In this document: positions 28,096 to 37,256 of the stretch, in pieces
Layout of the letters: every line of letters begins with the position of its first letter
How positions within the stretch are numbered: position 1 is the stretch's first letter
NCBI GenBank assembly: GCA_965261395.1
Contig: OZ253462.1
Location: 128,001 to 192,000, forward strand
Source: Candidatus Latescibacterota bacterium
GTDB taxonomy: Bacteria > Latescibacterota > UBA2968 > UBA8231
Direction of reading: 5' to 3'
Length of the DNA stretch: 64,000 nt
The notes under the pieces: model-generated
The model's input: the letters and a program-made list of their open reading frames with translations, nothing else
Database searches by the model: none
Told to the model about the DNA's origin: nothing
Position numbers and translations under genes: made by a program

Positions 28096-29577
28096 ATGGC
28101 CCAAGTCCTGAGCACCCCTTCGCACAGCCTCAAAGAGTTTCGCATTCTGCCTGGGTACACGCCAACCGACGGCAGCGCCCCCAACGCGTCGCTCAAAACC
28201 CGGCTCTGCCGCAAGGGGGACGGCTTTCTCTATCTGCACGTTCCCTTCCTCAGCGCCGCCATGCAGGCCGTGACTGGCGGCGAGATGGCCATTGCCTTGG
28301 CCCAGCTAGGCGGCATCGGCATCCTGCCCGTCAGCCAACCCACGGACGAGCAGTGCGCCAAAATCAGCCAAGTCAAGCGCTTCAAGGCCGGCTTTCAGAC
28401 CGATATTCTCACCTTGGCCCCCGAGCAGCCCATCGCCGAAGTAGTCGAGATCATCCACCGCACCGGCTATACGACCTTTCCGGTCACCACCAGCGGCCAG
28501 TTCCACGACCAGCTCCTCGGCATCCTCACCGACAAGGACTTCGACGAGCGCCGCGACCTCGACTGCCAAGTCGCCTCGCGCATGAAAACCGACGTGCAGG
28601 CCGGCCGCGAAATAAGCGACCTCAAAGCCGCCAACGAGCTGATGATCCGCTATGGCCGCGGCTTCCTGCCCATTCTATCCAAGGGGGGCGTCCTGCAAGC
28701 GGTGGTCTTCAAAAAGGACCTCGACAAGCACTTGCGGCATCCCAACGAATCGATCGACGAAAAGAAGCGCCTGCTCGTCGGCGCGGCTGTCTCTACCCAC
28801 CCAGAGGACCGCGAGCGGGCCGAAGCCCTCATTGAGCAAGAAGTGGACGTGCTGGTCATCGACGCCTCCGACGGCCACACCGAGTACCAGCGGCAGATGA
28901 TCCAATTCCTCAAGGAGCGCACCGACGCCCCGGTCATCGGCGGCAACGTCGTCACCGCCGAGGGATTTCGCTTTTTGGCCGCGGCCGGTGCCGACGCCAT
29001 CAAAGTCGGCATGGGGATCGGCTCGGGCTGCATTACGCAGGAAGTCAAGGCCACCGGCCGCGGTCAAGGCACGGCCTTGATGGAAATCAGCGCGGCGCGC
29101 AACCAGTGGCAGCAGGATTGCAACGCCTACTTGCCCATCGTCGCCGACGGCGGCATTTCGAGCCCGGCTGAGATCGCCGTGGCCATGGCCTTGGGTGCCA
29201 ACGCCGTGATGATGGGGCACTTCTTCGCCGGCTACACCGAAAGCCAAGGCAACCTCGTGCGCACCGCGGCCGGCGACATCGTCAAAGAGTACTGGATGGA
29301 AGGTTCGCTGCGCGCCCACAACATGCGGCGCTATGCCCAGGCACAAGAGCACTTCTTCGAGGAGGGCATCGCCGGCTACGTGCCCCACATCGGCTCGCTG
29401 CACGACAAATTGCCAATCCGCATCCAAATGCTGCGTGCCACCCTCGCCACGGCCGGTTGCCGCACCATCGACGAGCTGCACGAAAAGGCCGTGCTCGAAA
29501 TGCAGTCGTCCACCGCGCTGATGGACAGCCAAATCCACGACATCGTTCCCACCCCAACCGACCAACAGATCCTCTAG
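28096..29577 (+). CDS. guaB: IMP dehydrogenase family protein with CBS domains
   Basis: SAAMQAVT, GNVVT, catalytic loop KVGMGIGSGCITQE, ADGG, KEYWMEGS; start at MAQVLST with GAGG RBS. GMP reductase activity not excluded. Confidence 0.85.
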   Translation: MAQVLSTPSHSLKEFRILPGYTPTDGSAPNASLKTRLCRKGDGFLYLHVPFLSAAMQAVTGGEMAIALAQLGGIGILPVSQPTDEQCAKISQVKRFKAGFQTDILTLAPEQPIAEVVEIIHRTGYTTFPVTTSGQFHDQLLGILTDKDFDERRDLDCQVASRMKTDVQAGREISDLKAANELMIRYGRGFLPILSKGGVLQAVVFKKDLDKHLRHPNESIDEKKRLLVGAAVSTHPEDRERAEALIEQEVDVLVIDASDGHTEYQRQMIQFLKERTDAPVIGGNVVTAEGFRFLAAAGADAIKVGMGIGSGCITQEVKATGRGQGTALMEISAARNQWQQDCNAYLPIVADGGISSPAEIAVAMALGANAVMMGHFFAGYTESQGNLVRTAAGDIVKEYWMEGSLRAHNMRRYAQAQEHFFEEGIAGYVPHIGSLHDKLPIRIQMLRATLATAGCRTIDELHEKAVLEMQSSTALMDSQIHDIVPTPTDQQIL

Positions 29578-29580
29578 GCT

Positions 29581-30279
29581 ATGCGCATACTCCTTACCAA
29601 CGCCGCCACCTCGCTCGGCCAAGCCCTAGCCGCTGGTCTCAGCGACGCACACCTATTGCGCCTGACCGACCCTGAGCCAGGGGTTGGGATCCAAAGCGAT
29701 CTAGGCCACGGCTCAGAGACCGATGCACTCGTCAAAGACATCGACGCCATCGTCCACCGCGCCTACGCGCCGCGTGCAGGGGACGGCGAGGTCACTTGGC
29801 TGGACCGCAATACGCGCCGCACGTACAATCTGCTCTTGGCCGCGGCCGCCGCGGAAGTCGAACACGTCATCCTCTTGAGCACCCTCGACCTGTTCGCCCC
29901 GTACGCAGAAGATCTCACCGTTGACGAGACTTGGAAGCCGCTGCCCTCCTGCGCGCCGGCCGTTCTCGGCGCTCACCTAGCCGAGTTCACCGCCCGCGAA
30001 TTTGCCCACAGCCACGCGCTCGCCGTCACCATCGCCCGTCTCGGCCACCTAGTCCGCGCCGAAGAGATCGCCGGCCAGCCCTACGATCCAATGTGGCTCG
30101 ACGAGCGCGACGCCGCCCAAGCCGTGGCCCAGATCGTGCAAAAGGGACCCTCCAGTCGCCGCCGCCAGTACGGCGTGATGCACATCCAGTCTGACGCCCC
30201 CCGCGCCCGTTTCTCCATCGAGTCGGCCAAGAGCCACCTAACATTCGCCCCCCAATACAACTTTGAGGCCAACCCATGA
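29581..30279 (+). CDS. NAD-dependent epimerase/dehydratase-like protein with degenerate motifs
   Basis: MRILLTNAATSLG Rossmann start; lacks canonical YxxxK. Confidence 0.7.
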   Translation: MRILLTNAATSLGQALAAGLSDAHLLRLTDPEPGVGIQSDLGHGSETDALVKDIDAIVHRAYAPRAGDGEVTWLDRNTRRTYNLLLAAAAAEVEHVILLSTLDLFAPYAEDLTVDETWKPLPSCAPAVLGAHLAEFTAREFAHSHALAVTIARLGHLVRAEEIAGQPYDPMWLDERDAAQAVAQIVQKGPSSRRRQYGVMHIQSDAPRARFSIESAKSHLTFAPQYNFEANP

Positions 30280-31004
30280 AAGTTCTGCTCCTCGGTGGCA
30301 ACGGCTTTCTCGGCCCGCACGTGGTCAACCAACTCCAAGACACCTACGAGTTGCGCATCACCGACATCGTGCCCATCGATAGCCCGCACGAGACCATGCA
30401 GGTGGACGTCTCCGACCTCGATCAAGTGCGCCGTGCCACCGAGGGCACCGATGTAACCATCAACTGCTCGGTGCTGCGCCCCGACCGCAAGATCGCCTTC
30501 GACGTCAACACCACCGGCACGTACAACGGCATCCTCGCCGCCGTCGAAAACGGCCACACCCGCTTCGTCAATACCGGGCCGCACTTCACCCAAGCCGGCC
30601 CCTCGTACGATCACTACGACTTCGACATCAACGAGGAAGCCCCCCTGCATTCAGGTGTCAACCTCTACGCCCACAGCAAGTCGCTCGGCCAAGAGATTTG
30701 CCGCGTATTCGCCGCCAACCACCCCATCCACGTACTCACCACCCTCTTTTTGAGCTTCCGCGAGGCCGAGACGCCAGCGGAGCAACTCGGCAGCGGCACC
30801 AATCCCTTTTCGGTCACCTTTCCCGACGCTGCCCGCGCCCTGCAAAAGTGCCTGAAGGTGGCCTTGGCGTCCCTGCCCTCGCGCTGCGAGATTTTTCACA
30901 TCACCACGGACACGCCCCACGGCCGCTACAGCAACGCCAAGGCCCGACGGCTGCTCGGCTGGGTGCCGCAAGATCTGCTCGAAGGCTACTGGCGCAAGCC
31001 ATAA
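30276..31004 (+). CDS. NAD-dependent epimerase/dehydratase (extended SDR)
   Basis: GGNGFLG, VNTTGTYN, YAHSK. Confidence 0.85.
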   Translation: MKVLLLGGNGFLGPHVVNQLQDTYELRITDIVPIDSPHETMQVDVSDLDQVRRATEGTDVTINCSVLRPDRKIAFDVNTTGTYNGILAAVENGHTRFVNTGPHFTQAGPSYDHYDFDINEEAPLHSGVNLYAHSKSLGQEICRVFAANHPIHVLTTLFLSFREAETPAEQLGSGTNPFSVTFPDAARALQKCLKVALASLPSRCEIFHITTDTPHGRYSNAKARRLLGWVPQDLLEGYWRKP

Positions 31005-31015
31005 GGCTAGCAGCC

Positions 31016-32041
31016 ATGCCCACGGCCTCCGCACAGATATTCGACGGCCCAGGCCATCCGCTGCGCAGTGAAAACCTGCCTCTGCCCGACTCCCTCGCGC
31101 CCGGTGCAGTGCTCGTCGAAATCGGTCTAGCCACGATCTGCGGCTCCGACCTCCACACGCTGTCCGGCCTGCGCTGTGAGCCTGCGCCCCTGATCCTCGG
31201 CCACGAGGCCGTCGGCCGCGTCGTCACCTCGCAGCGCCCCACCTTCGCGCCGGGCGACCGCATAAGCTGGAGCATTGCCGACAGTTGCGGTACCTGTCTG
31301 GCCTGCACCCAACATCGCTTGCCGGAAAAATGCGCTGCGCTTTTTAAATATGGCCACGCCACCCTCACCGACGGCAGCGGGCTCAACGGCTGTTACGCCA
31401 CCCATCTGCTCCTTAGACCCGGCACCCATATCGCCAAAGTGGACGACCGCTTGCCCGACTCCGTAGTCGCGCCGGCCAACTGCGCCTTGGCCACTGCGGT
31501 CAACGCCGTCGCGGTGCTGCCCATCCCCTGCCACAGGGTCCTAGTCCAAGGCGCTGGTCTGCTCGGCCTCTATACCTGCGCCCTGCTCGCCGAGCGCGGC
31601 ATCGAGCAAATCTACTGCACCGATATCGACGCAGACCGCCTAGCGCTGTCCACCGAATTCGGCGCTATACCCCTAATCGATCCACCACCGGCAGGACTCG
31701 ACGCTGTTTTTGAAGTCGCCGGCAACTCGGACTTGATCCCCGCAGGGATCGCGGCCCTGCGCCCAGGCGGCAGCTACTTTTTCGTCGGCATGGTCCATCC
31801 CGACACCCGGCTAGCGCTGACCGGCGAGCAGATCATCCGCAAGTGCTTGACGATCCGCGGCGTCCACAACTATAGCCCGCGCCATCTCGACGAGGCGCTC
31901 GCCTTTCTCGCCCGCACCGCCGACCGCTATCCGTACCCGTCGCTGGTCAGCGACCCCTTTGCCCTCGCAGCGCTAGAGCAAGCCATCGCCTTGGCCGAGA
32001 CGCGCCAACACATCCGCGTCGCCATTGACCCCAAGTTATGA
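31016..32041 (+). CDS. Zn-dependent alcohol dehydrogenase, phosphonate-catabolism-associated type (TIGR03366-like)
   Basis: CGSDLH, GHE, CxxCxxC...C, GAGLLG, IRGVHNY; directly upstream of phnA. Confidence 0.8.
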   Translation: MPTASAQIFDGPGHPLRSENLPLPDSLAPGAVLVEIGLATICGSDLHTLSGLRCEPAPLILGHEAVGRVVTSQRPTFAPGDRISWSIADSCGTCLACTQHRLPEKCAALFKYGHATLTDGSGLNGCYATHLLLRPGTHIAKVDDRLPDSVVAPANCALATAVNAVAVLPIPCHRVLVQGAGLLGLYTCALLAERGIEQIYCTDIDADRLALSTEFGAIPLIDPPPAGLDAVFEVAGNSDLIPAGIAALRPGGSYFFVGMVHPDTRLALTGEQIIRKCLTIRGVHNYSPRHLDEALAFLARTADRYPYPSLVSDPFALAALEQAIALAETRQHIRVAIDPKL

Positions 32042-33255
32042 TCCAAGTCAATGACCGCGGCTATCGCCCACGCGAGAAAACCATCGTCGGCATCTGCCTC
32101 GACGGTTGCGCCCAAGCCTACCTCGACCAAGCCGCCGCCCAGATGCCCAATCTCCGTGCGATCATTGAGCGCGGCGTCCACGGCCAAGTCCACACCGCGA
32201 TCCCCTCTTTCACCAATCCCAACAACGTCGCCATCATCACCGGTGCGCCGCCGGCCATAAACGGCATTCCCGGCAATTTCTACTACGACCTAGACGCCGA
32301 GGCGGAAGTGATGATGAACGACCCCCGCTTCCTGCGCGCCCCGACGATCCTCGCCGCCTTCCATCAAGCCGGCCAACAAGTCGCTGCCATCACCACCAAA
32401 GACAAGTTGCGCCTGCTTTTGGCCCACGGCTGGCAAGGCATCAATTTCTCTGTGGAAAAAGCGCACGAAGCCGCGCTGGCCACCCACGGCATCGCCGACG
32501 TCCTCGGCCTAGTCGGGCGGGAAAATCCCGGCATTTACGATCCCGAAGCCAGCGTGTACTGCATCGAGGCTGGCACGCGGCTGCTCGAACGCCACGACCT
32601 CGACCTGCTCTACCTTTCGACCACCGATTTCGTCCAGCACAAGTGGGCACCCGGCGAGCCGGAAGCCAACGCCTTCTACGCTCGCCTCGACCGCTTTATC
32701 GGCGCGCTCGACGCCCAGGACATTATCTTGGGCATTACCGCCGATCACGGCATGAACGCCAAAACCAACGCCGACGGCTCGCCCAAGGTGCAGTTTATCG
32801 AAACCCAACTCGTCGCAGCCGGCATCGCCGGAGTTAGGGTCATCCTGCCCATCACCGACCCCTATGTCGTCCACCACGGCGCGTTAGGCTCCTACGCCAC
32901 CGTCTATCTCGACGACGAGCACATCGCACGAGCCACCGCCATCCTCCGCGCCATCCCCGGCGTCGAGCAGGTGCTCAGCCGCGAGCAAGCGGCCGCCACC
33001 TACCAACTCCCTTCCGACCGCATCGGCGAACTGGTCGTTCTCGCCGACCAAGATACCGTCCTTGGCCGCACCCCCGACTGGCACCAACTCGCCGACGTCG
33101 CCCAAGGTCTGCGCTCGCACGGCGGTCTGCACGAAGGCGTGGTGCCCATGATCTGCAATAGGCCGCTAACAGCCCAATACGCCGAGTTATTGGCCTCGGG
33201 CCAAGCGCGCAACTGGGATCTTTTTGACTTTCTCTGCAATGGAGTCCTAGCCTGA
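32038..33255 (+). CDS. phnA: Phosphonoacetate hydrolase
   Basis: PSFTNPNN, YLSTTDFVQHK, TADHGMN, PITDPYVVHHGALGS, LRSHGG. Confidence 0.93.
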   Translation: MIQVNDRGYRPREKTIVGICLDGCAQAYLDQAAAQMPNLRAIIERGVHGQVHTAIPSFTNPNNVAIITGAPPAINGIPGNFYYDLDAEAEVMMNDPRFLRAPTILAAFHQAGQQVAAITTKDKLRLLLAHGWQGINFSVEKAHEAALATHGIADVLGLVGRENPGIYDPEASVYCIEAGTRLLERHDLDLLYLSTTDFVQHKWAPGEPEANAFYARLDRFIGALDAQDIILGITADHGMNAKTNADGSPKVQFIETQLVAAGIAGVRVILPITDPYVVHHGALGSYATVYLDDEHIARATAILRAIPGVEQVLSREQAAATYQLPSDRIGELVVLADQDTVLGRTPDWHQLADVAQGLRSHGGLHEGVVPMICNRPLTAQYAELLASGQARNWDLFDFLCNGVLA

Positions 33256-34679
33256 TGCATCAATTCGGCAGCATCATCGGCGGCACCCAAGTCGAAAGTG
33301 GGCAGTGGATCGATGTCCATAATCCCTTCACCGGCCAGCAAGTCGGCCGCGTCGCCGCCATCGCCCCCGCAAAAGCCGACGCCGTCCTGCGCCAGACCCA
33401 CGCCGCCAAATTCGACCTCAGCCGCTACGACCGCGCCCGAATCCTCAACGAAATGGCCGACGCCATCGAATCCCGTCGCGACGAAGTCGCCCGTCTGATC
33501 ACCGCTGAGTCCGGCCTCTGCCTCAAGGACACCACCTACGAAGCCAGCCGCGTCTGCGACGTATTGCGCGTCGCCGCCATCAAGGCCCTCGACGACGACT
33601 CCGAGGTCTTCCCCTGCGACATCTCCCAAAACGGCCGTCGCCGCCGCATCTATACCACCCGCCAGCCCCTGCACCTCATCGCCGCGATCACCCCCTTCAA
33701 CCACCCGATGAACCAAGTGGTCCATAAGATCGCCCCCGCTATCGCCACCGCTAACGCCGTCGTCCTCAAACCCTCGGAGCAAACCCCGCTCGCCGCCTAT
33801 TACCTAGCGCAACTCGCCCTCGACTGCGGCTTGCCTGCCGACATGCTCAACGTCATCAACGGCCCATCCCCGGCAATCCCCGACCTGCTGGTCAAACACG
33901 AGCTCGTCGACTTGGTCACCTTCACCGGCAGCAGCGCCATCGGCCGCTCCATCGCCGAGCGCGCTGGCTACAAACGTCTGGTCCTAGAGCTCGGTGGTAG
34001 CTCGGCTCTGCTCGTCCTGCAGGACGCCGATGTCGAAGAAGCCGCCAACATCACCGTCGCCGGCCTCTATAAAAACTCGGGCCAGCGCTGCACCGCCATC
34101 CGCCGCATCCTAGTCCATCGCTCCTTGGCCGACGCCTTCGCCACCGTCCTAACCGCCAAGACCGCCGCCCTCAAATACGGCGATCCCTACGACCCTGCAA
34201 ACGACATGGGTACGGTCATCAGTGAGACCGCGGCCAGCGCCATAGAACAGCGCGTCGCCAACGCCATCAGCAACGGAGCCACCTTATTAATCGGCCATAA
34301 ACGCGATGGCGCCCTCTACGCTCCCACCGTCCTCGACCACGTCGAAAACAGCCACCCCCTCGTCGCCGAGGAGACCTTTGGCCCGGTCGCTCCGATCCTC
34401 CGCTTCAACACCCTCGACGAAGCCATCGCCATCGCCAACGACACCCCCTACGGCCTCTCCGGAGGCGTCGTCAGCAACCACTGGCCCTCGATCCAACGCG
34501 TCATCTCCGAACTCGAAGTGGGCACCGTCAACGTCAACGAGGCTCCCAGCTACCGCCTCGAATGGACCCCTTTCGGCGGCATCAAAGCCTCGGGCCTCGG
34601 TTACAAAGAAGGCGTCATCGAAACCATGAAGGCCATGACCAACGTCAAAACCTATTCACTGCCTTGGGACGCGCCCTAA
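33255..34679 (+). CDS. phnY: Phosphonoacetaldehyde dehydrogenase
   Basis: ALDH motifs with ITPFNHPMNQV.HK, YKNSGQRCTA, SGLGYKEGV...KTYSLPW; coupled to phnA. Confidence 0.92.
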   Translation: MHQFGSIIGGTQVESGQWIDVHNPFTGQQVGRVAAIAPAKADAVLRQTHAAKFDLSRYDRARILNEMADAIESRRDEVARLITAESGLCLKDTTYEASRVCDVLRVAAIKALDDDSEVFPCDISQNGRRRRIYTTRQPLHLIAAITPFNHPMNQVVHKIAPAIATANAVVLKPSEQTPLAAYYLAQLALDCGLPADMLNVINGPSPAIPDLLVKHELVDLVTFTGSSAIGRSIAERAGYKRLVLELGGSSALLVLQDADVEEAANITVAGLYKNSGQRCTAIRRILVHRSLADAFATVLTAKTAALKYGDPYDPANDMGTVISETAASAIEQRVANAISNGATLLIGHKRDGALYAPTVLDHVENSHPLVAEETFGPVAPILRFNTLDEAIAIANDTPYGLSGGVVSNHWPSIQRVISELEVGTVNVNEAPSYRLEWTPFGGIKASGLGYKEGVIETMKAMTNVKTYSLPWDAP

Positions 34680-34681
34680 AC

Positions 34682-35815
34682 ATGACCGACCTCAAAGCGG
34701 ATATCGCCGTAGTCGGTGCCGGCATCGTCGGCCTAGCCCACGCTCTTGCGGCCGCCCATCGCGGCCACCGCGTCGTCCTCTTCGAGCGCACTCCCCAGGC
34801 GCAAGGGGCCTCTATCCGCAACTTCGGCATGATCTGGCCCATCGGCCAAGCTCCCGATAAAATCCACCAACGCGCCCTCGCCACCCGCCAAACCTGGCTC
34901 GATCTCGCCCCCAAAGCCGATATCTGGTTAGCTCAAACCGGCTCGCTGCACCTGGCCTACGCCAATGACGAGTACGCCGTACTCACCGAATTCGCCGCCC
35001 TCGCTCCCGAGCTCGGCTATGATGTCGAACTGCTCGACGCAGCCGGCGTCCTCGCTCGCAGCCACGCCGTGCAGCCCGCTGGACTCAAAGGCGGCCTCTG
35101 GAGCGCGACCGAACTCTGCGTCGATCCCCGCCAAGCCATCGCCGCGCTGCCAGGCTACCTAGCACGCGAGTGCGGCGTGGCCCTCCGCTTCTCCACCCCG
35201 GTCCATCACATCGACCTGCCCCTGATCTACACGCCAGCGGAAACCTGGGCCGTTGACCGCGCCATCGTCTGCAGCGGCACCGACTTTGAATCGCTTTACC
35301 CCCAAGTATTCGCCACCAGCGGACTTACCCGCTGCAAGTTGCAGATGATGCGCACCGCACCTCAGCCCGGCAACTGGCGTCTCGGCCCAATGCTCGCCGC
35401 CGGGTTGACCTTGCGCCACTACGCCGCCTTCAAGCAGTGCCAGACACTGGCCGCCTACACCCAGCGCATCGCCACCGAGCGCCCCGAATTCGACCAGTGG
35501 GGCATCCACGTCATGGCCTCGCAAAACGGTCTCGGCGAAATCGTCATCGGCGACTCGCACGAATACGGCTGGGTAATAGATCCCTTCGACAAACCCGCAA
35601 TCGACCAACTAATCCTCGACTATCTCCAGACCTTCCTCGCCGCCCCCGCGCTGCACATTGCCCAGCGCTGGCACGGCATCTACGCCAAACACCCCGACCA
35701 AGCCGACTTTATCGCCGACCCCGCACCCGGCGTAAAAATCGTCAATGGCATCAGCGGTGCCGGCATGACCACCGCTTTCGGGCTGGCCGAGGAGATCTTC
35801 GCCGAGTGGGAGTAA
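34682..35815 (+). CDS. FAD-dependent amine oxidoreductase, TIGR03364-like (phosphonate-associated)
   Basis: GAGIVGLAHA, GASIRNFG, CKLQM, IGDSHEY, RWHGIY, GAGMT; start at MTDLKAD. Confidence 0.82.
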   Translation: MTDLKADIAVVGAGIVGLAHALAAAHRGHRVVLFERTPQAQGASIRNFGMIWPIGQAPDKIHQRALATRQTWLDLAPKADIWLAQTGSLHLAYANDEYAVLTEFAALAPELGYDVELLDAAGVLARSHAVQPAGLKGGLWSATELCVDPRQAIAALPGYLARECGVALRFSTPVHHIDLPLIYTPAETWAVDRAIVCSGTDFESLYPQVFATSGLTRCKLQMMRTAPQPGNWRLGPMLAAGLTLRHYAAFKQCQTLAAYTQRIATERPEFDQWGIHVMASQNGLGEIVIGDSHEYGWVIDPFDKPAIDQLILDYLQTFLAAPALHIAQRWHGIYAKHPDQADFIADPAPGVKIVNGISGAGMTTAFGLAEEIFAEWE

Positions 35816-35819
35816 AAAC

Positions 35820-36614
35820 ATGAGCCTCCGAGAGCGCGTCTATCACTTTATCGAGCCAGACTATGAGCCGGGGCGCATCATCGATGTGGCCATCATCGTC
35901 CTGATTCTGCTCAACATCGTCGCTCTGATCCTCGAAACCGTCGAGCCTATCTACAACCTCAATCGCGCCGCCTTTGAACTTTTTGAAGACTGTTCGCTGA
36001 CCGTGTTCGCGGTTGAGTACTTCGTGCGCCTGTGGGCCATTACCGCCAACCCTCGGTTTTCGCGGCCCGTGACCGGGCGCATCCGCTTTGTCCTCACGCC
36101 CCTCGCCATCATTGACCTCATAGCCATCCTCCCCTTATTCCTGCCGCCCATGGGCGTAGATGCACGCTTTGTCCGCGTGATACGCGTCCTGCGGATCTTC
36201 CGCGTCCTCAAGCTGGTGCGCTACTTCCGCGCCCTGCGCTTGCTCGGCCAAGTCATCGCCGAGCGCAAAGAAGAGCTTGTTAGCATCTTCTTAGTGCTGC
36301 TGATCCTTTTGGCCCTCTCCTCGTCGCTGATGTACTTCGTCGAGCACGAGGAGCAGCCCGAGGTCTTTCCCAGCATCCCGGCCACCATGTGGTGGAGCAT
36401 CGTCACCTTGACGACGGTCGGCTACGGCGACGCCTATCCGATCACCGCCCTCGGCCAGACTATCGCCGCCGTCATCGCCATCATGGGGATCGGCATGTTC
36501 GCGCTACCGGCCGGCATTCTCGGCGCGGGATTTGTCGAGGCCCTAGCGGCAAACCGGTCCGAAGACCCAGAGCGCCGCTGCCCGCACTGCGGCGAGCGAC
36601 TCGACGCGCATTAA
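35820..36614 (+). CDS. 6-TM potassium channel (ion transporter)
   Basis: S4-like RVIRVLRIFRVLK, selectivity filter TTVGYGD, C-terminal CPHC. Confidence 0.92.
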   Translation: MSLRERVYHFIEPDYEPGRIIDVAIIVLILLNIVALILETVEPIYNLNRAAFELFEDCSLTVFAVEYFVRLWAITANPRFSRPVTGRIRFVLTPLAIIDLIAILPLFLPPMGVDARFVRVIRVLRIFRVLKLVRYFRALRLLGQVIAERKEELVSIFLVLLILLALSSSLMYFVEHEEQPEVFPSIPATMWWSIVTLTTVGYGDAYPITALGQTIAAVIAIMGIGMFALPAGILGAGFVEALAANRSEDPERRCPHCGERLDAH

Positions 36615-36646
36615 AAAAGCGGCCGAGGCAAAAGCCCCAGCCGCTT
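36611..36646 (-). terminator. Hairpin terminator between convergent genes
   Basis: AAGCGGC...GCCGCTT stem with an A-run on the left (U-tract on minus). Confidence 0.6.
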
Positions 36647-36671
36647 CTCTAGCTGCTGAACAGGCGTTATT

Positions 36672-36827
36672 TCATTTACTACGCTTTTTCGTTTTAAGTT
36701 CCTCAAGAAAAATCCTGATGATGCTTTTTCTTGGCAGCCGAACCGGGGCCGTTATGACTTGTTCTATCATTTTATACATAACAGCCTTTTTCGCCGCCTT
36801 TCCAACCTTTTTGGCAGAGCTCCACAT
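36672..36827 (-). CDS. Small cationic protein (51 aa), unknown function
   Basis: Below ORF-track cutoff. MWSSAKKVGKAAKKAVMYKMIEQVITAPVRLPRKSIIRIFLEELKTKKRSK; AGGAG 8 nt upstream; terminator downstream. Confidence 0.7.
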   Translation of the reverse strand: MWSSAKKVGKAAKKAVMYKMIEQVITAPVRLPRKSIIRIFLEELKTKKRSK

Positions 36828-36882
36828 AGTCCCATCTCCTTTTCTTTTTTTCCTAAAATGGCCGACTCAAGATAACCTTCTC

Positions 36883-37245
36883 TCAGAAAAACGCGATTTT
36901 GACCAGCAACGCCAAAACGACGGGACCGTATCCAAACTTGAGCAACGCCAAATCGCGCTCAATTTTGGCAAAGCGCTCGTTAAAGCTGGCTTTTAACTCG
37001 TTAAAGCTGGCTTTCAGTGCGTCCAAGTCCTCTTTGGTGGCCGCTTTCAACTCGTCCAAGTCCTCTTTGGTGGCGGCTTTCAACTCGTCCAAGTCCTCTT
37101 TGGTAGCAGCTTTCAACTCGTCCAAGTCCTCTTTGGTGGCCAGCCGCTCGGCCAAGGGAATCGCCCCCGCAGCCGCCTTGGCCTTTTCTTCGGACGTTCC
37201 CGCTTCGATCAGCGCGTCATAGACTTCAGCAACAATCAGACTCAT
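36883..37245 (-). CDS. DUF1640/CCDC90-like tail-anchored coiled-coil protein
   Basis: EVYDALIEAG head, four ATKEDLD.LKA repeats, C-terminal TM; GAGG RBS. Confidence 0.8.
   Translation of the reverse strand: MSLIVAEVYDALIEAGTSEEKAKAAAGAIPLAERLATKEDLDELKAATKEDLDELKAATKEDLDELKAATKEDLDALKASFNELKASFNERFAKIERDLALLKFGYGPVVLALLVKIAFF
36976..37141. repeat. In-frame tandem repeats: 4 x 33 bp plus 2 x 21 bp
   Basis: GCTTTCAACTCGTCCAAGTCCTCTTTGGTGGCC-type units (37010-37141) and CTCGTTAAAGCTGGCTTT twice. Confidence 0.9.
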
Positions 37246-37256
37246 CGTTTCCCTCC

